This document shows, one piece after another, positions 55,501 to 64,000 of a DNA stretch of 64,000 nucleotides. This DNA is from Balanoglossus misakiensis. Lineage: Eukaryota; Animalia; Hemichordata. A model generated the notes under the pieces. The model was not told the DNA's origin, searched no databases, and saw only the letters and a list, made by a program, of their open reading frames with translations. The stretch is from the NCBI GenBank assembly GCA_040954595.2, contig CM082592.2, forward strand, positions 4,356,735 through 4,420,734, given 5' to 3'. The translations under genes were made by a program, and so were the position numbers. Every line of letters starts with the position of its first letter. The stretch's first letter is position 1.

Positions 55501-58500
55501 GCCATGTCAACTGTCTATGTACGTTAGCGTGCGCACGGTGGCGTCTGCTACTGGTGACTAGTTTGTGACGTCACACTGCATATCGAGATCGACGCTACGC
55601 TGCTGCGCGATAAGTGAAAGTGAATAAAAACGACGCAAATCACTCATGTTTTTCACAAAGATTTTATTAGAATCTCTCTACAAGGAAGGTGTCGGTTCAC
55701 TTTAAGGACAGCGCATAAGAGCACTTTTCTTGCGGTAAAAAGACATATCATCGATCGTGAATGTTTTACTTACCGGTATAACCAAATGCCAAGGGTTGTA
55801 ACCGCGCCGGCCACAATAAAACTGGCGGCAAAGGCAGCAACGTAGATGGATGCATCTAACAAAAATAGACGTGGCTTTAGACTGTCATTTTCTCGTACGA
55901 ATGTTTTTGCTGAAAGGCCGACAATCGTCTCATGCGTATGTGCCAGAACAGTATATACTATACTTACAGTTATTTCCTTTGCACCCCGAAAAGCCGCACA
56001 CGGGCGTGTCCGGCGGGGCGTACTGGTGCCCGACCTTGCCACCCGGCCACCGAGGTTCCCGAAGCTGGCGAAACACCTGAAACAGAACATTGAAACAGCT
56101 TTCAGTCCAGCTGCGCGCGTCCCTCCCACAGAATGGTTCGAACGCGTTGCTTCGGACTCCCGCCAAATAGGTCATCACAGAACATGCAGGAGGTCGTTGG
56201 TGACCGTCTCTAAGGGCAGTTTATTAATTCAATAGTCAGTGTGTCGACCTCATTTCTATAGACTGCAGTCTATAGAAAGTTGTTCAAACTAATAGCTCGG
56301 TGATTGGAAAGTATCCGCGACCATGGACAAGTCAAATGTATGCGTGCTGTACTGTTAATGGACCAGTGAGTCAACACCTTATGTATATACACGTGTCATT
56401 CTTTCAGCATCGAACAAGATGCGGCCAGTGAAGATATTATAAATCTGATTGTTATCCCCAAATAACGCCTGTTGTACCCCAATAATGCCTCATCTTACCC
56501 TTGTACCATTATCCAAGTTCACAACTTCAGAAATCTTCACAAAGACGCCGTTCGGTTGCAGATCTGTGATCCAGTAATCCGGCTCCCGGTCGCCGAATTC
56601 GTCAATCAGGACATTTCCGGTCATCCCTGCAATAAGTTTTGACAAATTTAGTGAGATAATGTTTGCAGAAACGCTGTGTTCATAACTAATATAATGGTAA
56701 CATTTAGCATAGCAGAACTATAATGTGTTAATCAAGAACAATATTATCGCCTATACTATTAGTTCAATGTAATGCACTTTAGCACATCAATGTTGTGTAA
56801 TCTATATAAATCAATTTGATTATCTGAAAACTAATGTTTGTTGATTTTTGCAGTTTCCAGTATGTTTCACACCATGGCCAATGGTTTTCGTGTAATTAGC
56901 AAGAAAGATTACACAACTTGCGATTTTTAAGAGAAGCATAGTGGTAAAGGATTGTACCAGCTCTGAAGCTCACTATTATATACCTCAAATTTTAGACATC
57001 TTGCCAATCACAAATTTTTACCCTAGGCCAGGCAAATTAAAAAGACACGTCTTTTTATGCACTGTATATGGCCAAATGATAATTAGTGGTTACCATTTAC
57101 CATGGAAACCTTCAAATGCCGTAGTTATGGTTACCAAGTGATCTGCAGCGGGCCTCCCTGTGGTGTATCAAATCAAAACCGCACTATCGATCGTTGGAGC
57201 AGATTAATGTACAATTCTTTAAAAAACCCAAATGTCAACTGAGAGACACTTTGCTACCTTTGAAGAATAAACCGGAGAGAGCGTTTGCGATAATCGTGCC
57301 ATCTCTGTAGTCGAGACCCTGTGACACTGTCTGATTTAGAGCAAGCACGTAAAGAATGATGGCGTCGTACAGGAAGGGGGCGAACTTATTGCCCTGGAAG
57401 AGAGAGAAAGGCATAACGAGCTCGTCTTAGAAAACGGTGAAGAGTATATACGACAAGTCGGTGTCCAATCCTGTCAGAGACCCTCATTTTGCGTGATAAC
57501 TGGAGCCCATCAAAACTCAATCTGGTTAAAATCAGGTGTAGGGTACGCCGACGTCTTTTACTTACACGGTACGGTATTCTTAACGGTCGAATGTATGGTA
57601 TGATATTATACCGACGAAAACTACCAAGATGGGACGCAGGCATAGTGATCGTAAAGGGGTTCGCATAGTGAATGTCGCAAGACAGACGGCTTTACCCAGC
57701 TCGGTTGCCCCATTTTGATGACTTCAATGATAACGGGCTAGAGTAACGATATAATGAGGGTCTCAGACAGAACTAAGCGTTTTCACAGAGGAGCCACTGC
57801 CAACCACAATTGAAGGTAATTCTCGCTCACCAGTCAATGGGTACTAACATCGCCTCTTGCGTCACAAAAAGACAATTATCTGACAACATTTCACATTGCA
57901 ACCTTTAAATGCCGGTGACAGTGGCTCTTCTGGGACTGCCACATGCGTGTATAGTACCTTTGAAGAATTTATTTCGCATAGCGTCGAGCATAACCTCGCC
58001 ATTTCTATAATTTTTCTGAGCAGCGACAGTTTCGTTGAGGGCGAGGATGTATAGTATCATAGCATCATAGAGGAACGCAGAATACTTGTTGCCCTATCAA
58101 AAGATAAAGGGTCGTCAAATTCACATTGTAGAAAAAAAATACATGTATTATGTATATATTTCCGATTCTCACATTCGCTTTATATATTACCTCCCAGAAG
58201 AAAGCCCAGTATAACGTTTCCCAGGTATAATCTTTGATAATAAGTACCTGACTGTATTCCTGTCATTTAATTTCCTTGAAGTAAAAGAACATGGAACTTA
58301 TGCAGTTGTTATTAATTGTGAATTTAATTAAAGTCACCAAAATATATGTATGTATTCCAAAATTGAAATTCGGTGAGCGAATATAAGTTCGCGACGTACC
58401 CCCTCCCCTCCATAAGTTTATGGACTTCGCATTTTGAACTTCAGCAACAATCTTGGACAGTCCCGAAGTTGTCGGCGATAGGCCAAGTTTGGCCAATCTC

Positions 58501-61500
58501 TTTGCCATGGATGAAAGAACAGAAGACGCGTAGCGAGCGAATCTTTAAAGGGACATTAGCTGTAACTTTTGGCATTATATTCAGTATTTTTGTTCTGTGA
58601 AAATGCAATGTCTTGTTCTACTCCAAACAGCGTGCTTAGATACCCGCAGTACTCCGCTTGTCAACATAGCCTGTGTGTGTATAAACCCCACTGTTATTGT
58701 TGACAAATGAACTCTAGTCCGGGCTTGAATTCAAATTTTGCACAATAACACCGCTGACTATATACATAAAGGTTATGTTAATAAATTGAATACTAGGCAT
58801 TCTAACATGCTTCAGGGATTTGAACAAGAAACCGCAGTAGATACACAAAAGTAAAATTACTGAAAAAATAGCGAACGGTTACAGCTATGGGGCTTTAAAT
58901 TGGTCTCACCTGTGAAAATGCTGAGAAGGTTGCCTTAAATATGAAGGATATATGGTTGTTGATAAACAAGATAATTGTTCCAAAGAAGCTGCTAATCGAC
59001 ACTTTATCATCGTGAATTTTTACGAATAATCGCCAAAATCTGTGACGCCATAAACCCGTTCCGTCCATCGGGGAGAACGGTATCTTTTGGGAACGTTTTA
59101 AATATAAAGGAATTTAAATTGCAATGGGTTTCAATTCTATATAGGGCGTATGTATTTTATTGTACACAGGCTGTCAGCATATATATGGCCCGGTTTCAAT
59201 CTAAATTGAAAATCAACATCATTTGGCTTTGTTTCATTACACATTATACACATAAGGAGTATGTGGAGTTTGTCGGCAAAAAATACAGCAAATAAAGTAA
59301 ATAAGAAAAGATGGACTTTGGTGCAGGGCTTACCTTGGATCCCGGTGGAAGGGTCATGCTCCACGGGGGTTCCTCCAACCTCCGAACAACTTCGATCGTG
59401 AAGTCGTCGATTTCTGTGGCTGTTAGCGCCGCCAGTGACATCTATCGGTGCAACAATGAAAGAAGAAATGACCATGATAAAAAGTGTTTCTATGGTGCAC
59501 GTATCCTTGCCGTAACCTATGGAGGTCCATCGTACAATATACGAATCCCATAACCATGCAAATAAGCACACGTATAGTCCAATAACAATTCAAATAAGCA
59601 CGTGGAGTCCAATAATATCACTGTTGAAACTTACGGACAGAACCAAAATATGTGTCGTTAGGTGCGCTAAAATGTGCCGTAGAACCGTGTGTGTGTGTGT
59701 GTGTTGGGGAGGGAATAGGGAAATGGTACTTACAATATATAGGGGTAATTTGACAATTCGAATGCCTAAGAGTAACATACGGGGTTTCACTTGTAGAACC
59801 TACATGGAAAACAGCCTCAAAGGCCTTCCTTGCGTCCTCGTTTCTACCGTCGTCTCCCAGATACGTCTCCGCTGCCGTGATGACGTCTTCATCCGGCAGC
59901 ATCTCCACGGTGTAGAACACGTATTCGCCGTTGGTCATGCCCCTGTCGTGCGCCTCCAGGATCATCTTGCGTCGGTCCATTTTAGGGGCACAAATTACTA
60001 CGACTGCGAAAAAAAACATCGTTTTTGTTGAAGTGTGGTAGACAGTAAGATTAAACAGTAAACATCATGATGTTATAGGGTTCACGTATCAAAACGTTTT
60101 CGCGTGAATAGAATTTCGCGTATTACTGACAATTACTAGTAACTCCGTTATTGTTTGTCCATTTACACGCGTACGCTCTTTCTATATTCACAATGCAATT
60201 ATGCTCCAAGCTTATATAAACATAGGTTAATAATTTCATTCCTTCCTTCCTTCCTTCCTTCACTCACTCACTCACTCACTCACTCACTCACTCACTCACT
60301 CACTCACTCACTCACTCACTCGCTCACTCGCTCACTCACTCATTCTTTATGCGTTTTGTACTCGTTTTAGAAAGTTTACACTCGTTTACTCACTTCTCCC
60401 TTCTCTGCTAGTTTTTTTCAAAATATTTTGGACTTGTCTGTCGGTTGGATTATTGTTGTATGCCACTTCGTATCCGATAGTAACATTTCTTTCCTTGAAA
60501 GTCTGTATACAGGTTTCAACAAATGTGAAATATATAGTTGAGTTACGTAAACATCAAGGTATTCTGTTTGTTATGAAATTGCATCCGGTTGCGACCGGTT
60601 GTTTTATTGAAATTCTTATCCTTGGGTGTTTGGGTGCCGGTACATGTACTGGGGTCGGGAAAGGGATCTCCCAAAATACTTCACAAGCAAACATTTAGAA
60701 AACATGCAGCTTTGAAGTACACACACGAAAGCACGAAAACATTATTTTTGCTCGAGGTACCAGAGTGCCGGTCACGTGACACGCACCTTAACGATAGCCC
60801 TGCCGGCATCGCCGTACATCAGATAAGTCGAATAGATGACAACGGCCCTACTCCAACCGTAACTGTCCATGATCTCCAACAGGAACACACCAAGTTTGCT
60901 GAAGGGTCCCAGGGATCGTCCGAGGGTGGAGTACACCCTTTTGTCGTTGAACTCCGGCGACGTCGCCACCCACGATATGATTGGAATGTTCCAGAACGAC
61001 GCCAGCTGTCCAGCGATGAGACAGGCTGGGGAAAAACCGTGTTTTGTCCGTAAAAATGGACTAAATTTGACTTAAAGGTGGGAGGATGGGTTACATAAAA
61101 TGTTGTGTTTTTTTTTAAATTGCCTTGACGATCAATCACCATAGACTACTGTTCAACACTCCTGAATGTTTCTCCATTGAACATACATGTATAACAAACA
61201 AACAAAAAAACAAACAAACAAACAAAACGAAACGAAACAAAATAAAATATAACCACTCACACACAGCCTGAATTGTCAAAGAAAAGAAAGTCGACCAAGA
61301 AACATGTTTATCGAGTCACATCTTCTGCCCCCGACGTATAATTGATCAAGTACCTACCATCTGAACACGGCGGGCCAATCAGTACATCGACACGTTCTTC
61401 GATGTAAAGATCGACGGCGTAGCCGCCAGCTTGTCTGCTGTTACACTCCGAGTCACGCGTCACGATTCTGTGAAAAATGAACCAAGTATTAAAGTTAATC

Positions 61501-62112
61501 ACATTATCTGGGTCTCATGGTGCATGTATAATGTCAAGGATATCTACAGTTGTATTTTAGGGACTTTTCCCCAGGTGATTTTTTATTATAAATTGTTATG
61601 AATTGCTATTCTATCACTATCTTAGAATTCTGCGTAAAGTATGGCAAACAACATCTCCATAGTGAAAGAAAAATAACACAGAGAGGTGGGTTGATAGGTT
61701 AAAAATTATCAAGACAGGGATATGTAATAATAATGATTCTTTGTTTTAAATAGTAAAGAATATATTGTACACACGATTGCGTCAGTGAAGCTGTAAATTT
61801 TATCTCAGATGCTAAATCGCATTAAGTCTCAGTAGAAGATAGTTTAATATAGTATTAGATAAACTTTGTGGGTTATAAAGTCATCGAACACGACCTGACT
61901 TACTCAAACTCCACTTCTTCGACGAGGTCCAGTTCCTTGATTTTATCGATTGCAATACTAATTGCACCGGCACTCGTCGCTCCGCCGAAATCGTTCAAGA
62001 CTTCGAAGTTGGTCCACGGCACCAAGAAGCCTAACTTGACGTTGATGACGGCCGAGGTGGGTTGGCTGCAAGCAAACGCCAACAGGAGCGCGTTGAAGAC
62101 GCGTACAGACAT
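47455..62112 (-). CDS. Receptor guanylyl cyclase paralog 3 (NPR/GC-A-like), spliced, with a duplicated extracellular-domain exon
   Basis: Exons (minus): 61904-62112, 61358-61467, 60787-61025, 60394-60502, 59804-60003, 59334-59441, [57958-58093 or 57258-57393], 56499-56626, 55968-56076, 55774-55855 (TM), 53691-53814, 52923-53138, 52274-52378, 52035-52106, 51443-51614 (HGSLKSSNC), 51034-51183, 50380-50566, 49893-50030, 49435-49558, 49117-49185, 48623-48896, 48270-48364, 47974-48047, 47772-47831, 47455-47551. Confidence 0.93.
50675..50917. mobile_element. TTAA-flanked MITE (Kolobok-like), family C copy 1
   Basis: TTAAAGCTCCATAGCTGTAAC...GTTACATCTAAGGTCCCTTTAA; homologous in reverse orientation to 58545-58898. 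Confidence 0.75.
52425..52740. repeat. (GAT)n and (ATAC)n microsatellites
   Basis: Read directly; source of the poly-D/M/H/I and YIHT ORFs. Confidence 0.98.
53892..55705. mobile_element. Kolobok-like non-autonomous foldback DNA transposon with ~640 bp inverted arms
   Basis: TTAA at 53892-53895 and 55702-55705; termini AGTGAACC...GGTTCACT; arms 53896-54534 and 55062-55701 are near-identical reverse complements; decayed THAP-like and Cys-rich coding remnants inside. Confidence 0.85.
57258..57393 (-). CDS. rGC-3 alternative exon 7b (tandem duplicate of 7a)
   Basis: 136 nt, phase 0-1; [45 protein letters not shown](G); acceptor TTTCTCTCTCTTCCAG, donor GTAGCA. Confidence 0.9.
57471..57932 (-). 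other. Two predicted intronic RNA stem-loops between rGC-3 exons 7a and 7b
   Basis: 57471-57488 pairs with 57753-57770 (17/18); inner 57541-57557 pairs with 57679-57697 (bulged); second hairpin 57786-57819 pairs with 57901-57932 (core 15/17). Confidence 0.75.
57958..58093 (-). CDS. rGC-3 alternative exon 7a (extracellular domain)
   Basis: 136 nt, phase 0-1; [45 protein letters not shown](G); acceptor CTTTATCTTTTGATAG, donor GTACTA. Confidence 0.9.
58545..58898. mobile_element. TTAA-flanked MITE (Kolobok-like), family C copy 2
   Basis: TTAAAGGGACATTAGCTGTAAC...GTTACAGCTATGGGGCTTTAA; shares TTGAACAAGAAACCGCAGTAGATACAC with copy 1 (reverse strand). Confidence 0.75.
60239..60342. repeat. (TTCC)n-(CACT)n microsatellite
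   Basis: Read directly. Confidence 0.95.
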
Positions 62113-62979
62113 CGCGAGTCATCCACTCCGATGCAAGTCTTGAAGGAGTTGTTTTGGTTTTTGAAACTGGTTTTTGCGAGCATTGGAGCTGTGCAGCTAA
62201 GACACTTGTGGCTTAACGCTAATTGAACTGGTGGAGAAATAGTCAGCGGGGTTAACTGATTTAGTTTGAAGTGGTCTTGGGTCCAGTTTTATCTCTCGAT
62301 TAATAATGACTATACCACAGATACGATAGTCCCACGGGGGTCTTCCTGTGCTGTGCATTTTGGACGAGGCCGCGTGTGACTCATAATTATAGCTGTTGGT
62401 GACAGCTCGCGTGTGGTAACGTATAATTATTCAATTAGAATGGGGCGATGCGTGATAGCACCCCACCAGTCAAACCAGCGGTAGCTGAACATTTTAAACA
62501 CCATGTGGTCCTCGGCATCATAGAAACGATTGCATTGTAATATATTTTTTCTGGAAGAGTTTATCTGAATCTTTGACTGTACCCAACTGTACATAACAGG
62601 GTGGATTGGATTGCATTTTATTCTTTCTGTAAGAGTTGGTCTGATTGCTTGACAATACTCACCTGTACATGAAATGATTACATTGTAAGTAAGTGTTGTC
62701 AAACAATTAAAGTAAATTTTGCTAGTACATGTACCGTATCTTGCATAGTTAAGCATATGGTTTGTTCTTTATGCGACGGAGACTTGGTATATTTTACAAG
62801 TGTTAAACAATCCAACCTTTATAAAAGAAATGCGATGTCTTAAAAGTAAGCGCATACGTATCTTCGTCATGTTCATACAGCATTGCTCTCTCCTAGATCC
62901 GTGACTGTGTGTCATTTTTCTACATCGCTCTCTCGTCCTGCTAGGAAAACTTTGGAAAAACAAAAGACTGCGACAAGTT

Positions 62980-63045
62980 GCTCGCGAGGGGGCCACAAAT
63001 CACGTGACACATTTCAGTGATCGCGGGAAATTTCAAGATGGCTCC
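62980..63045 (+). promoter_or_regulatory. Putative housekeeping-type promoter of the XNDC1N-like gene
   Basis: CTCGCGAG (~62981), E-box TCACGTGA (63000-63007) and YY1-like CAAGATGGC overlapping the start codon. Confidence 0.5.
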
Positions 63046-63970
63046 CATTGAGATGAAATATGTTGTGTCGTTCAGTTCACAGGTAAGACTTCACCGCAAA
63101 ACTGGCACATTTTACTGTCATAAATACCGTTGATGTCTGGTTAGATTGAATACCTCACGATATAGCGTTGAAGTCTGGCATACGAATCTCAAAAGCAGTC
63201 GATATTGCCTTTTGGTTTCTGTGGTACGTGGTGGGTCCCAGCTGCAATGATTGTACATATCAGCTATGGTAGGTTCATAACAATAACATTCGTGGTAAGA
63301 GTGTGAGGCTATGGTCGCAGCCATAGCCCCACACACAGCCGCTTGTTACTAGGGTAATTATATCAGAACTGTGCCGCTATGACAAGGAAATGGGGAGATT
63401 GCTGGGTACACACGGACCTATGTGTATTTCTATGCCAAAAGCCACGGGCTCTAACGTAAACAACTGGAAGCTTACATAATAAGTACAATAAGCGTTTCCC
63501 ACAATTTATGTTTCATAATAGGATCCACAACACAAAGCAGAGAACCTTCTTAGCCAGGCCAGTGGTTGGAAAAAATGGCTGTCACGCCGAGACGACAGAA
63601 GCGGGACTTTAGAAGCCGAATTTCAACTAGTGAAGACAAGTAATATAGGTTATATCGATATAGGTGAGCATTCATATTGCTACAAGAGTCTTTTCAGCCA
63701 CCAGAACAAGTGACAGAACCACGGTGGAGTGACCGTGACAGAACATACAGAGAAGACAGCAGATGCTAAAAAAGCCAAGACAATGTTTATTCCAGAAATT
63801 TCTTTCATTGCCAGGTAACTGTGGCTCAGCATTTATTGAAATCTGGGTTGGTCGTGCGTCCTGGTCCAGAAATAAAGACTACACTTGTCTGCTTCCCGCA
63901 ACCTCCCTGATGAACATCGTGGACTGCAAACTAGGCAGAAATAAGAACACTGTCAAGATGTTGAACAAAG
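63038..63970 (+). CDS. XNDC1N: XRCC1 N-terminal-domain protein (XNDC1N-like), first three exons; gene continues past the window
   Basis: Exons 63038-63082 (MAPIEMKYVVSFSSQ), 63522-63663 (DPQHKAENLL...EAEFQLVKTSNIGYIDIG), 63815-63970 (NCGSAFIEIWVGRASW...LLPATSLMNIVDCKLGRNKNTVKMLNK). Resembles recalled XNDC1N motifs VVSFSSQDP, GYIDVGNCG, LLPATTLM; XRCC1 itself is the alternative. Absent from the ORF track. Confidence 0.85.
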
Positions 63971-64000
63971 GTAAGTTTATAATTAGTGTTCATGTGCAGG

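Noticed and set aside
55221-55505. 94 aa ORF as a functional THAP gene
   Set aside because: Lacks the full C2CH motif, lies in a transposon arm, and its mirror copy carries an indel; treated as a remnant.
27546-62112. rGC-2 and rGC-3 as uncollapsed haplotypes of one gene
   Set aside because: Proteins are clearly diverged and introns are unrelated in sequence and length, so they are paralogs.

Overview
Eukaryotic, intron-rich invertebrate genomic DNA (probably a marine deuterostome such as a hemichordate or echinoderm; taxon is inference). Bases 1-3520 are an AT-rich ~87-88 bp tandem satellite. Most of the window holds three head-to-tail receptor guanylyl cyclase paralogs on the minus strand (natriuretic-peptide/sperm-peptide receptor type: signal peptide, extracellular domain, TM, pseudokinase, cyclase): rGC-1 ~6470-24160, rGC-2 ~27546-43901, rGC-3 ~47455-62112. 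The first three exons of an XNDC1N/XRCC1-N-terminal-like gene start divergently at 63038 (+). Introns carry MITEs, microsatellites and a 1.8 kb Kolobok-like foldback element. Main observation: two paralogs each have a different tandemly duplicated exon pair (a kinase-homology exon in rGC-2, an extracellular-domain exon in rGC-3). In both cases the ~550 nt intron between the duplicates contains long complementary stems, suggesting structure-enforced mutually exclusive splicing that arose twice. Exon coordinates were read by hand and may be off by a few bases.
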